DNA from: Candidatus Desantisbacteria bacterium CG1_02_38_46
GTDB lineage: Bacteria > Desantisbacteria > UBA1551 > UBA1559
NCBI GenBank assembly: GCA_001871015.1
Contig: MNUO01000046.1
Location: 1-53,917, forward strand
Length of the DNA: 53,917 nt
Reading direction: 5' to 3'
The notes below the pieces were generated by a model. The model was not told the origin of the DNA. It saw nothing but the letters and a program-made list of their open reading frames with translations, and searched no databases. This document shows positions 11,265 to 19,866 of this stretch, in pieces. The position numbers and the translations under genes were made by a program. Position 1 is the first letter of the stretch, and every line of letters starts with the position of its first letter.

Positions 11265-11751
11265 TTTTTTCCTCTTTTCCTCTTACCCTTTTTATTTCTT
11301 CTTCAGTCCTGAGTTGTTTTAATCCATCAAATGTAGCACATACCAGATTAAATGGATTGGTGGAACCTATGGATTTAGCTACAATATCATTTATTTCAGC
11401 ACATTCCATTATTGCCCGAACAGACCCGCCGGCAACTACGCCTGTCCCGGGTGAAGCTGGTTTTAAAACTACAGAGCTTGCTCCAAAATGTCCTGTTACC
11501 TTGTAAGGTATTGTCCTACCATTGAGGGAAATGGATATCATATTCTTTCTAGCTCTTCCTGTTCCTTTTCGAATTGCATCACTGACATCATTTGCTTTTC
11601 CCAGTCCATGCCCAACCTGCCCCTTTTCACCTCCGACTATAACAAGAGCATTAAAACTAAACCTTTTTCCCCCTTTCACTACTTTAGAAACACGATTAAT
11701 AGTAACTACCTTCTCTTTTAAAGATTTCTCTTCCTTTTTATATTCTGCCAA
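11245..11751 (-). CDS. rpsE: 30S ribosomal protein S5
   Basis: VVTINRVSKVVKGGKRFSFNALVIVGG ... GTGVVAGGSVRAI. TTG start after GAGGGGG. It overlaps rplO by 20 nt and no L30 gene lies between them. Confidence 0.93.
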   Translation of the reverse strand: MAEYKKEEKSLKEKVVTINRVSKVVKGGKRFSFNALVIVGGEKGQVGHGLGKANDVSDAIRKGTGRARKNMISISLNGRTIPYKVTGHFGASSVVLKPASPGTGVVAGGSVRAIMECAEINDIVAKSIGSTNPFNLVCATFDGLKQLRTEEEIKRVRGKEEKSESLGT

Positions 11752-11777
11752 TATTCCCCCTCATTTTGACCAACCCA

Positions 11778-11828
11778 CGACGTTTTGTTGCGAGAAACAA
11801 GGTTCTTGAGCGAAGCGAAAGGTTCTTA
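11778..11828 (-). repeat. Post-stop-codon repeat element, copy A (after rplR)
   Basis: Minus strand reads TAAGAACCTTTCGCTTCGCTCAAGAACCTTGTTTCTCGCAACAAAACGTCG. It shares TAAGAACCT..CTTCG..AGAACCTTGTTNCTCG..GTCG with copies at 13401-13451 and 34585-34626. Confidence 0.75.
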
Positions 11829-12194
11829 AAATTCCAATCCTTCTTTTCGTGCGCCTTCAGCTAATGCTTTTATTCTTCCATGGTACAAATAACCGCTTCT
11901 ATCAAATACGACTTTTTTAATATTTTTTGCTAATGCTCGTTTGGCTAGATCTGAGCCGACCAACCTTGCTGCCTCTAAATTTTTTGTTGATTTCAATTTA
12001 TCCTTAGTTTCTAAATTAAGAGTTGAAGCAAAAACCAATGTGCATCCTTTTTCATCGTCAACAATCTGAGCATAAATGTGTTTCAAGCTTCTGAATACAC
12101 TAATCCTTGGTTTAAGAATCGTCCCCATTGCCTTTTTTTTTGTTCTCAGATGCCGACGCTTGCGTCCACTTCGCCTGCTTTCTTTCTTTATCAT
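11826..12194 (-). CDS. rplR: 50S ribosomal protein L18
   Basis: [19 protein letters not shown] ... [27 protein letters not shown]-like C-terminus. Confidence 0.95.
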   Translation of the reverse strand: MIKKESRRSGRKRRHLRTKKKAMGTILKPRISVFRSLKHIYAQIVDDEKGCTLVFASTLNLETKDKLKSTKNLEAARLVGSDLAKRALAKNIKKVVFDRSGYLYHGRIKALAEGARKEGLEF

Positions 12195-12209
12195 TTTCTT
12201 CCTTTTTCA

Positions 12210-12758
12210 TTAACCTGTTGTTATCTTGCCAACAGCCTTCCCCATTTTCTTCTTTATTTGTTCACCCGCATATTTGATACCGGTACCCTTATAAGGCTCG
12301 GCTGGTTTAGAACTACGGACGATACTTGAAACCTCACCCACTAATTCTTTATCTGCACCTTTAACTGTTATTACCTTTTCCTTGGTTTCAATCTTGATGC
12401 CCTCTGGAATATTTATCTTTACTGGATGGCTATAGCCAATCTGAAGAATCAATTTATCCCCATCCACTTGCGTTCTAAATCCTAAACCACTTATCTCCAA
12501 CTTCTTCTCAAACCCCATCAAAACTCCTTCGAGCATATTCTTAATAAGCTTATGAATTAAACCATGTAATGATTTATCCAATTTTGTATCAGTAAGTCTC
12601 TTTACTAAAATCTGGTTATCTGATAATGTAACTTTCACTCCTGCAGGCAGAATCTTTTTAATCTTACCAACCGGACCTTCAGCACTGATGAGGCTATCTT
12701 GAATTTCCACTTGGACACCATCAGGAACAATTATCGGCGAACTGCCTAAACGCGACAT
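12210..12758 (-). CDS. rplF: 50S ribosomal protein L6
   Basis: MSRLGSSPIIVPDGVQV ... GYSHPV ... EPYKGTGIKY. Confidence 0.95.
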   Translation of the reverse strand: MSRLGSSPIIVPDGVQVEIQDSLISAEGPVGKIKKILPAGVKVTLSDNQILVKRLTDTKLDKSLHGLIHKLIKNMLEGVLMGFEKKLEISGLGFRTQVDGDKLILQIGYSHPVKINIPEGIKIETKEKVITVKGADKELVGEVSSIVRSSKPAEPYKGTGIKYAGEQIKKKMGKAVGKITTG

Positions 12759-12767
12759 CTTCTCTCC

Positions 12768-13163
12768 TTACCAGACATAACAAAGAAATTCCCCGCCGAC
12801 ACCAAGGGTTCGAGCTTCCCTATCTGTAAGAACTCCTTTAGAGGTAGACAGAAGGACAATTCCTGATCCCCCAAGAATTGTTGGAATCTTTCCTTTTTCC
12901 ACATATTTTTTCAATCCAGGCTTGCTCATTCTTCTAATTCCATTTATCACCGTTTCGTTGCGAGGACCGAATTTTAAATATATTCTTATAATCCCCTGCT
13001 TTCTATCTTCAATACATTTATAATTTTTAATAAAACCCTCATTCTGCAAGATTCTTGCGATTTGTTCTTTTATTTTCGAACGGGGAATATCCACCCTTTC
13101 ATGTTTTGCCTTGATTGCGTTCATAATTTTTGCTAACATATCACCAATTGAATCGCTGGACAT
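12768..13163 (-). CDS. rpsH: 30S ribosomal protein S8
   Basis: DSIGDMLAKIMNA ... ILQNEGFIKNY ... GGEFLCYVW. Confidence 0.95.
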   Translation of the reverse strand: MSSDSIGDMLAKIMNAIKAKHERVDIPRSKIKEQIARILQNEGFIKNYKCIEDRKQGIIRIYLKFGPRNETVINGIRRMSKPGLKKYVEKGKIPTILGGSGIVLLSTSKGVLTDREARTLGVGGEFLCYVW

Positions 13164-13175
13164 CTTTTCTCCTTT

Positions 13176-13361
13176 TTACCAACTCGCTTTTCTTATTCCA
13201 GGTATCTGTCCCTGATTGGCAAGTGTACGGAAACATATTCTACACATTCCGAATTTTCTCAAATAGGCTCGTGGACGACCACAAATTTGACACCTATTAT
13301 ATTTTTGCACTTTGTATTTAGGTTCTCTTTTTGATTTTTCAATTAAGGATATCTTCGCCAT
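13176..13361 (-). CDS. rpsN: 30S ribosomal protein S14, short zinc-binding (type Z) form
   Basis: 61 aa, [22 protein letters not shown] ... PGIRKASW. Confidence 0.95.
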   Translation of the reverse strand: MAKISLIEKSKREPKYKVQKYNRCQICGRPRAYLRKFGMCRICFRTLANQGQIPGIRKASW

Positions 13362-13400
13362 GTTCTCTCCTGTTCATACTTCTTTATTGCGACGTTCTAC

Positions 13401-13451
13401 CGACATTTACTTCCGAGCAACAAGGTTCTACAACGAAGTTGCAGGTTCTTA
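13401..13451 (-). repeat. Post-stop-codon repeat element, copy B (after rplE)
   Basis: Minus strand reads TAAGAACCTGCAACTTCGTTGTAGAACCTTGTTGCTCGGAAGTAAATGTCG. Confidence 0.75.
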
Positions 13452-13991
13452 TTTCTTAGCAAAAGGCATTCCCATAAGTAAAAGTAATTCTTTAGATTCT
13501 TGGTTTGTCTTAGCAGTAGTTATTATTGAAATATCCATTCCACGGATTTTATATACTTTGTCATAATCAACCTCCGGGAAAATTATCTGCTCTTTAATAC
13601 CTATAGTCAAATTCCCCTTGCCATCAAATACTGCAGATGGAATACCTTTAAAATCTCCGATTCTTGGAAGTGCCACATTGACCAGACGGTCAAAGAATTC
13701 ATACATATTGTTTCCTCTTAAGGTTACTTTACAACCTATAGGCAATCCCTTTCTAATCTTAAAGTTTGAGATTGATTTCTTAGCTCTTGTAATTACGGGA
13801 TGCTGGCCGGTAATCGATGCTAATTCATTCATAGCAGATTCAATTGCCTTCTGGTCTTCTCCCCCTTCACCTATGCCCGCATTAACCACTATTTTTTCAA
13901 TTCGTGGTACCTGCATTACATTTTTATATTCTAATTTTTTCATAAGGACAATTCGGATTTCCTTTATATATTTCTCTTTTAATAGAGACAT
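13449..13991 (-). CDS. rplE: 50S ribosomal protein L5
   Basis: [12 protein letters not shown] ... [19 protein letters not shown] ... [12 protein letters not shown]. The ATG overlaps the rplX stop (TAATG). Confidence 0.95.
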   Translation of the reverse strand: MSLLKEKYIKEIRIVLMKKLEYKNVMQVPRIEKIVVNAGIGEGGEDQKAIESAMNELASITGQHPVITRAKKSISNFKIRKGLPIGCKVTLRGNNMYEFFDRLVNVALPRIGDFKGIPSAVFDGKGNLTIGIKEQIIFPEVDYDKVYKIRGMDISIITTAKTNQESKELLLLMGMPFAKK

Positions 13992-14302
13992 TAGTTGACC
14001 ACCTCTTTGCATTTTTTACAGAATCGAACTTTTGTTCCTTCTTCTAAATTTTTTTTGCCAAGCCGGCAGGGTTGTCCACATTTGGGACAGAGAAACATAA
14101 CTTTTGAAATATGCACAGATGCTTCTTTCTCCCTTATCCCGCCTTGTGGGAATTCAGAACTTGGACGCATATGCCGTTTTACGAGATTGACCTTTTCAAT
14201 AATAATCCTCTCTTCGCCGGGGAAAACCAGCAATACTCTTCCAGATTTTCCCTTTTCATTTCCTGAAATTACTGTGACTAAATCACTCTTTTTTAGATTC
14301 AT
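13991..14302 (-). CDS. rplX: 50S ribosomal protein L24 (C-terminal CxxC..CxxC form)
   Basis: [22 protein letters not shown] ... [11 protein letters not shown] ... FCKKCKEV. Confidence 0.93.
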   Translation of the reverse strand: MNLKKSDLVTVISGNEKGKSGRVLLVFPGEERIIIEKVNLVKRHMRPSSEFPQGGIREKEASVHISKVMFLCPKCGQPCRLGKKNLEEGTKVRFCKKCKEVVN

Positions 14303-14306
14303 TTTT

Positions 14307-14675
14307 TCACACCACTTCTGGAGCCAGAGAGATTATTTTCATAAACTTCTTTTCGCGCAATTCCCCGGTTACTGGACCGAATATTCTGGTCCCCCTTGGA
14401 TTTCCTGTCTCATCTATTAGCACAGCCGCATTATCATCAAATCTGACATATGAACCATCTACCCGCCTTAATTCTTTTCTGGTTCGAACTACCACAGCCT
14501 TAACCACCTCACCTTTTTTTACTCCACCTTCAGGAATCGATTCTTTAACCGAAGCAACAATTAAATCGCCTATTCTTGCATATTTTCTATTGGAACCACC
14601 TAAAACTCTGATACACATTATTCGCTTTGCACCAGAGTTGTCAGATACTTTCAAAATTGTCCGGGTTTGAATCAT
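14307..14675 (-). CDS. rplN: 50S ribosomal protein L14
   Basis: [27 protein letters not shown] ... RIFGPV. Confidence 0.96.
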   Translation of the reverse strand: MIQTRTILKVSDNSGAKRIMCIRVLGGSNRKYARIGDLIVASVKESIPEGGVKKGEVVKAVVVRTRKELRRVDGSYVRFDDNAAVLIDETGNPRGTRIFGPVTGELREKKFMKIISLAPEVV

Positions 14676-14690
14676 CTTTTCTTCTCACAA

Positions 14691-14936
14691 TCACGACAAA
14701 ATCTTCAACAACTTCCATCTTTTCAATTTACTCAATGGGCGGGTTTCTATTACTTCAACTTCGTCGCCTGCCTTTGCTTGACTTTGAGGATCATCCACAA
14801 AGAGATGGGTAGATTTTCGAATCACTTTCTCATAAAATGGGTGTCTGGTTAACCTTTCTACTTCTACAACTATCGTCTTTTCCATTTTATTACTTATTAC
14901 TTTACCTTTCATTATTTTCTTTCTAACCGCGGTCAC
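14691..14936 (-). CDS. rpsQ: 30S ribosomal protein S17
   Basis: KGKVISNKMEKTIVVEVERLTRHPFYEKVIRKSTHLFVDD. Confidence 0.93.
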   Translation of the reverse strand: MTAVRKKIMKGKVISNKMEKTIVVEVERLTRHPFYEKVIRKSTHLFVDDPQSQAKAGDEVEVIETRPLSKLKRWKLLKILS

Positions 14937-15138
14937 CTTGTTTCTCCTTTTCCCTCAAGATAGTATTCACTACTGCTACATCGCGGCGTAACATTCGCAA
15001 GGACAGGGGATTCTTTAACTCTCTCCCTTTCAATTTAACCCTCATATTTAATAATTGCGTTTTAAGTTCGTTTATTTTCGTCTTTAATTCAGTAATGTTC
15101 GATGTTCGCAATTCCCTCAACAAATCCATCCTTTTCAT
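14923..15138 (-). CDS. rpmC: 50S ribosomal protein L29
   Basis: LRELRTSNITELKTKINELKTQLLNMRVKL, at the expected position between rplP and rpsQ. Confidence 0.9.
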   Translation of the reverse strand: MKRMDLLRELRTSNITELKTKINELKTQLLNMRVKLKGRELKNPLSLRMLRRDVAVVNTILREKEKQGDRG

Positions 15139-15142
15139 CCCT

Positions 15143-15577
15143 TCAACCTCTCCTTCCAGAGGACATACTCCTGTCGCGTTTGATGAATTTAGTCTTAAAT
15201 GGTAATTTGCTTGCAGCTAGCCCCATTAATTCTCTAGCAAATGTCTCGTCCATTCCTTCCAATTCAAAAAGGATTCTTCCGGGTTTTACAATTGCCACCC
15301 AGTGGTCTGGTGCACCTTTACCCTTCCCCATCCTTGTCTCTGCAGGTTTCTTGGTGACACATTTATCAGGAAAAATTTTCACCCAGAGTTTGCCTCCTTT
15401 TTTAATCCCATGGGATATTGCAACTCTTGCAGCTTCGATCTGTTTTGCTTTAAACCAGCATGGCTCAAGAGATTTTAAACCATATTCACCAAAAGTTAAG
15501 GAACAACCACCTGATGATATTCCTTTCATCTGGCCACGATGATGTTTACGAAATTTTACTCTGCGGGGCATTAACAT
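15143..15577 (-). CDS. rplP: 50S ribosomal protein L16
   Basis: [19 protein letters not shown] ... [16 protein letters not shown]. Start is at the internal ATG 15575-15577 and overlaps the rpsC 3' end. Confidence 0.94.
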   Translation of the reverse strand: MLMPRRVKFRKHHRGQMKGISSGGCSLTFGEYGLKSLEPCWFKAKQIEAARVAISHGIKKGGKLWVKIFPDKCVTKKPAETRMGKGKGAPDHWVAIVKPGRILFELEGMDETFARELMGLAASKLPFKTKFIKRDRSMSSGRRG

Positions 15578-16247
15578 CTTTTTTCTCCGAAGGAACTTCT
15601 CTAATTTCTTTCTTTGAAGGAAGAATTTCACCTTTAAATATCCAGACCTTTACACCAATTCTCCCGTAAGTAGTATTACTTTCTGCAAATCCATAATCGA
15701 TATCGGCCCTTAAAGTGTTAAGAGGAACTCTTCCCTCTCTGTACCATTCTGTCCTTGCTATTTCATTGCCACCAAGTCTGCCTCCACAACTCACTTTTAC
15801 TCCCTGGGCACCTGCCCTCATAGCACCTGAAACTGCCTGCTTCATTGCACGACGAAATGCAATTCTTCTTTCCAATTGCAATGCCATATTCTCTGCAACT
15901 AGATGGGCATCGAGTTCAGGATTTTGAACCTCTTGAATATTTACATAAACCTGTTTTCCAGTGAGTTTCTGCAATTCTTCCTTCAGTTTCTCAATTTCTG
16001 TCCCCTTGCGTCCAATGATAATACCTGGACGGGAAGTGTATATGATAACAGTCAACCTTTGATGGATTGCCTTTCTCTCGATTTCTATCTTTGATATTCC
16101 AGCGTGGTATAATTTTTGTTCAATCAATTTTCTAATTTTTAAATCCTCTAAAAGCAATGAAGAGTAATTTTTCTCTGTAAACCATTTTGAATCCCAGGAT
16201 TTTGTAATACCTAACCTAAAACCTATTGGATTTACCTTCTGACCCAT
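15546..16247 (-). CDS. rpsC: 30S ribosomal protein S3
   Basis: [23 protein letters not shown] ... [31 protein letters not shown]. Confidence 0.96.
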   Translation of the reverse strand: MGQKVNPIGFRLGITKSWDSKWFTEKNYSSLLLEDLKIRKLIEQKLYHAGISKIEIERKAIHQRLTVIIYTSRPGIIIGRKGTEIEKLKEELQKLTGKQVYVNIQEVQNPELDAHLVAENMALQLERRIAFRRAMKQAVSGAMRAGAQGVKVSCGGRLGGNEIARTEWYREGRVPLNTLRADIDYGFAESNTTYGRIGVKVWIFKGEILPSKKEIREVPSEKKDVNAPQSKIS

Positions 16248-16259
16248 CTGTTCTCCTCT

Positions 16260-16592
16260 TTAGCTCTTCTCAGCAAGTACAACAGTTAAATGACTTGTCC
16301 TCTTCCTGATAGTGCGCACATGGTATCTTGAAGCCGCCTTAAACCTTTTTATCATTGGACCCTGCTGAACAACTAATTCCTTTATATATAAATTAGTTAT
16401 GTTAAGATTTGACTGCCTGGCATTTGCAATCGCAGATTTCAAAAGTTTCTCGATAATAGTGGAGGCATTGGCTGGGCTAAATTTAAGAATCTCAAGTACC
16501 TCGCCTATAGGCTTGCCATGGATAGACCTTGCAACCCTTACTATTTTTCTGGAACTTCCTTTTATAAATTTTGCGATTGCTTTCACTTCCAT
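16260..16592 (-). CDS. rplV: 50S ribosomal protein L22
   Basis: AIAKFIKGSSRKIVRVARSIHGK ... KRFKAASRYHVRTIRKRTSHLTVVL. Confidence 0.94.
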   Translation of the reverse strand: MEVKAIAKFIKGSSRKIVRVARSIHGKPIGEVLEILKFSPANASTIIEKLLKSAIANARQSNLNITNLYIKELVVQQGPMIKRFKAASRYHVRTIRKRTSHLTVVLAEKS

Positions 16593-16616
16593 CTTTTTCC
16601 TTATGCATCTGTGAAT

Positions 16617-16901
16617 TTAGGTTAAAGCTGCTGACTTTTGAGTCGGAGTCCCATGTCCCCTGAATGTCCTGGTTGGAGAAAATTCTCCTAATTTATGACC
16701 CACCATATTCTCGGTCACACTAACTGAAATAAAATCTTTTCCATTGTGAACCACAAATGTATGTCCCACCATCTCAGGAGAAATAACTGAATTTCTTGCC
16801 CATGTCTTTATTACTTTTTTCTCACCTGTTTTATTCATCTTTTCTACTTTTTTTAATAATTTCGGATCGACATAAGGCCCTTTTTTTAACGAACGCGACA
16901 T
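16617..16901 (-). CDS. rpsS: 30S ribosomal protein S19
   Basis: [19 protein letters not shown] ... [12 protein letters not shown] ... [16 protein letters not shown]. Confidence 0.96.
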   Translation of the reverse strand: MSRSLKKGPYVDPKLLKKVEKMNKTGEKKVIKTWARNSVISPEMVGHTFVVHNGKDFISVSVTENMVGHKLGEFSPTRTFRGHGTPTQKSAALT

Positions 16902-16971
16902 CCTTCCTCCTCGTAGACCCCTGCGTTACTTTCTATAGAAAGTGTTAGCTAATATTACTCCGATTGTGATT

Positions 16972-17790
16972 TTATTTCGAACGATGTTGAATAATCCATC
17001 TCCCTGTTGTCTTGTTGCGTCTTGTCTTATAACCTTTTGCAAGTTGTCCCCATGGGCTAACCGGGTGTCTGCCGCCTTTGGATTTTCCTCGACCTCCACC
17101 CATTGGATGGTCGACCTTATTCATTGCAACTCCACGAACAGTTGGTCTAATGCCCAACCATCTTGTGCGTCCGGCTTTCCCAAAAGATATATTCTCATGT
17201 TCTATATTCCCAACTTGACCAAAGGTAGCCATACAATCCAAATGAACTAACCTGATTTCACCAGAAGAAATCTTTAACTGTGCGTAATCACCTTCTTTAG
17301 CCATAAGCTGGGCAAAACTACCTGCAGAACGTGAGAGTTGACCTCCCATTCCCTTTCTTAATTCAATATTATGAACAAAGCTTCCTGCTGGAATATTTCT
17401 AAGTGGCATTGCATTACCAATTCTAACCTCTACTTTCTCTCCACTCATTATAATATTGTTTACTCTTAACCCAATAGGCTGAAGGATATATCTCTTTTCA
17501 CCATCAGCATATTGAACAAGAGCAATGCGCGCAGATCTGTTCGGGTCATATTCCACAGCAATAACCTTACCCGGAATATTTTTCTTATCTCTCTTAAAAT
17601 CTATAATTCGGTAAAGACGCTTATGCCCTCCCCCTCTATGCCTGACACTGATATGTCCCAACCCATCCCTGCCCCCACCTCTTCCCAATGAAACCAACAG
17701 AGATTTCTCGGGTTCTTTATCAGTCAACTCATCAAAAGAGGCAATGCTCATCATTCTTGTTCCAGGTGTTACTGGTTTTAATTTTCTCAC
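16972..17790 (-). CDS. rplB: 50S ribosomal protein L2
   Basis: [30 protein letters not shown] ... [21 protein letters not shown]. Confidence 0.96.
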   Translation of the reverse strand: MRKLKPVTPGTRMMSIASFDELTDKEPEKSLLVSLGRGGGRDGLGHISVRHRGGGHKRLYRIIDFKRDKKNIPGKVIAVEYDPNRSARIALVQYADGEKRYILQPIGLRVNNIIMSGEKVEVRIGNAMPLRNIPAGSFVHNIELRKGMGGQLSRSAGSFAQLMAKEGDYAQLKISSGEIRLVHLDCMATFGQVGNIEHENISFGKAGRTRWLGIRPTVRGVAMNKVDHPMGGGRGKSKGGRHPVSPWGQLAKGYKTRRNKTTGRWIIQHRSK

Positions 17791-17793
17791 CTT

Positions 17794-18216
17794 TTACTCC
17801 AAAGATTCAATTCTATCTCCAATTCTAAGTGTTGCTATTGCTTTTTTCCAATCAGGACGTTTTCCAACTTCATAACGAACCCTTCTCTTTTTACCATGCA
17901 TAATTAAAGTATTAATCTTCATTGCTTTTACTTTGTATAATGACTCAACAGCCTTCATAATTTCAATTTTGTTCGCATTTCTATCAACTTCAAAAGTGTA
18001 CTTGTTTTCTTTCTGTTTTAAACCTCTAGTTTTTTCTGTGTTCAATATTCCTTTTATAATATTAGCCTTTGCTGCCAAAATTGGGGTTACTTTCTCCCTG
18101 GAGAGCTCAGGTTCTGGTTTTTGTGGTTTTATTTCTTCTACTTCTTTTTTCTTCCTAAAATATATAATCCCAATGATAGCAATTATAGAAACCAAAATAA
18201 CCAATGCGAGAATCAT
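17794..18216 (-). CDS. rplW: 50S ribosomal protein L23 with a ~50-aa N-terminal extension containing a predicted transmembrane helix
   Basis: The core, from about residue 51 (ANIIKGILNTEKT ... KRPDWKKAIATLRIGD), is uL23. Residues 2-20 are ILALVILVSIIAIIGIIYF, followed by RKKK. The ATG has GGAG 7 nt upstream and lies 24 nt after the rplD stop. Confidence 0.85.
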   Translation of the reverse strand: MILALVILVSIIAIIGIIYFRKKKEVEEIKPQKPEPELSREKVTPILAAKANIIKGILNTEKTRGLKQKENKYTFEVDRNANKIEIMKAVESLYKVKAMKINTLIMHGKKRRVRYEVGKRPDWKKAIATLRIGDRIESLE

Positions 18217-18240
18217 GTTACTTCTCCAGCAAGAAATTCT

Positions 18241-18867
18241 TTATTTGATTTTTTCCTGAATTTTCATAATTGCATCTTTTGTAGTAATTATCTTGTCACA
18301 ATTTAATAGTACATATGCATTAATCTGCGAATAAGAATACACTTTTAAATTTTTGATATTCCGGGCGGCTCTTTTCAAGATTCCATTATTTTCATCAATC
18401 AATAAAAGCGGTTTTTTTACTTTGAAATTTCCTAAAATTTTAACCAGCTCTTTAGTTTTGGGCTGCGTTAGTTTAAGTTCATCTAAAACAATAAATTCAC
18501 CCTTCTCCACTTTGGATGAAAGAGCAGCCATTGTCGCCAATTTCTTTACTTTTTTTGGAATAGAATATTCATAGCTGCGTGGTTTTGGGCCAAAGGTAAT
18601 TCCACCTCCAATCCACAGCGGGGAACGGATACTTCCTACCCTTGCCCTGCCTGTTCCTTTCTGGCGCCAGGGCTTTCTTCCACCTCCCCGTACTTCAGAG
18701 CGGCCCCTGGTAGATGCCGTACCTCTTCTTTGAGATGAAAGATAATTAATTACTGCACAGTGCAGGACGCTGGGCTTAACTTTAACATCAAAAACTTCAT
18801 TTAAAAGTGCGATTTTTCCAGTTTTATTTCCTTCTATATTATATGTATCTAATTCTATGGTTTTCAT
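18241..18867 (-). CDS. rplD: 50S ribosomal protein L4
   Basis: RRGTASTRGRSEVRGGGRKPWRQKGTGRARVGSIRSPLWIGGGITFGP. Confidence 0.96.
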   Translation of the reverse strand: MKTIELDTYNIEGNKTGKIALLNEVFDVKVKPSVLHCAVINYLSSQRRGTASTRGRSEVRGGGRKPWRQKGTGRARVGSIRSPLWIGGGITFGPKPRSYEYSIPKKVKKLATMAALSSKVEKGEFIVLDELKLTQPKTKELVKILGNFKVKKPLLLIDENNGILKRAARNIKNLKVYSYSQINAYVLLNCDKIITTKDAIMKIQEKIK

Positions 18868-18880
18868 AAGTTTCCAAATA

Positions 18881-18905
18881 TCAGGGCTAAAGCCCTGAGT
18901 TACAT
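18881..18905 (-). repeat. REP-like palindromic unit (variant GGGCT/AGCCC) between rplC and rplD
   Basis: Plus strand reads TCAGGGCTAAAGCCCTGAGTTACAT. On the minus strand the ATGTAA head supplies the last Met codon and stop of rplC. Confidence 0.85.
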
Positions 18906-19463
18906 TTTAATAGAGGTTCTTATTAAAAGGTATCCACCTTTAACACCCGGAATAGCACCTTTTACTAATAATATTTCATGCTCACTGTCAACTTTAATGA
19001 TTTTCAGATTTTGAACTGTCACTCGCCTGAATCCCATGTGGCCAGGCATAGTTTTTCCCTTGAAAACTCTACCTGGAGAAGTACCCTGACCAACAGAGCC
19101 TATTCTGCGATGAGACATCGAACCATGAGATGCACCTCCACCTGCCCAACCCCAACGCTTCATACCTCCCGCAAAACCCTTCCCTTTAGAAATCCCTGTA
19201 ATATCTACGTATTCACCCTCCTGAAAAATACTTACTTTAACTTCATCGCCTAATTTATATGGAAATTCGCCACGAATTTCCCTGATAAATCTCAAGGGTT
19301 TTGCAAAGCCTAATTGAATTGCATCATATCCATCTGTTTTTTTGGTCTTATGCTGGAGCACCACGCATGGTCCTGATTCAATAACGGTAACTGGAATTGC
19401 TCTACCATCCTTATCAAATATTTGTGTCATTCCCAATTTTCTACCTAAGATTCCTTCTCTCAT
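18900..19463 (-). CDS. rplC: 50S ribosomal protein L3
   Basis: GILGRKLGMTQIFDKDGRAIPVTVIE ... GKGFAGGMKRWGWAGGGASHGS ... PGHMG. Confidence 0.95.
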   Translation of the reverse strand: MREGILGRKLGMTQIFDKDGRAIPVTVIESGPCVVLQHKTKKTDGYDAIQLGFAKPLRFIREIRGEFPYKLGDEVKVSIFQEGEYVDITGISKGKGFAGGMKRWGWAGGGASHGSMSHRRIGSVGQGTSPGRVFKGKTMPGHMGFRRVTVQNLKIIKVDSEHEILLVKGAIPGVKGGYLLIRTSIKM

Positions 19464-19473
19464 TTTAAATCCT

Positions 19474-19541
19474 TCGCAAGACCTACTCGGTCGTAAGACC
19501 TACTCGGTCGCAAGACCTACTTGGTCGTAAGACCTACTTGG
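19474..19541. repeat. Four tandem 17-nt repeats filling the rpsJ-rplC spacer
   Basis: TCGCAAGACCTACTCGG / TCGTAAGACCTACTCGG / TCGCAAGACCTACTTGG / TCGTAAGACCTACTTGG. The array ends exactly at the rpsJ stop codon. Confidence 0.95.
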
Positions 19542-19853
19542 TTAGGTTTTAATCTGAACCTCAACTCCAGCAGGTAAATCAAGCTTCATCAACGCTTCTA
19601 TTGTCTGGGGAGTGGGAGACAATATATCAATTAACCTTTTATGAGTTTGCATTTCAAATTGTTCACGCGATGCTTTGTCTATATGAGGAGAGCGTAGAAC
19701 TGTCCATCTACTCCGCTTTGTTGGTAAAGGGATTGGTCCAGATACAGATGCACCCGTATTTTTGGCAATCTGAACTATTTCTCTTGCAGAACGGTCCAAT
19801 GTCCCATGATCATAGGATTTCAAACGAATCCTTATTCTTCCTTCCTCAATCAT
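19542..19853 (-). CDS. rpsJ: 30S ribosomal protein S10
   Basis: [22 protein letters not shown] ... [39 protein letters not shown]. Confidence 0.96.
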   Translation of the reverse strand: MIEEGRIRIRLKSYDHGTLDRSAREIVQIAKNTGASVSGPIPLPTKRSRWTVLRSPHIDKASREQFEMQTHKRLIDILSPTPQTIEALMKLDLPAGVEVQIKT

Positions 19854-19866
19854 TTCTCTCCCCCCG

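Noticed and set aside
13991-14302. CxxC..CxxC zinc-ribbon-like C-terminus in uL24 as a novelty.
   Set aside because: Cys-containing (C+) and Cys-free (C-) forms of several ribosomal proteins are a known dichotomy, so this is noted only as context for the EF-Tu Cys4 finding.
18900-19463. uL3 is somewhat short (187 aa), which might indicate truncation.
   Set aside because: The N- and C-terminal conserved blocks are intact and the frame is continuous. The difference looks like a short internal loop deletion, which is common variation.
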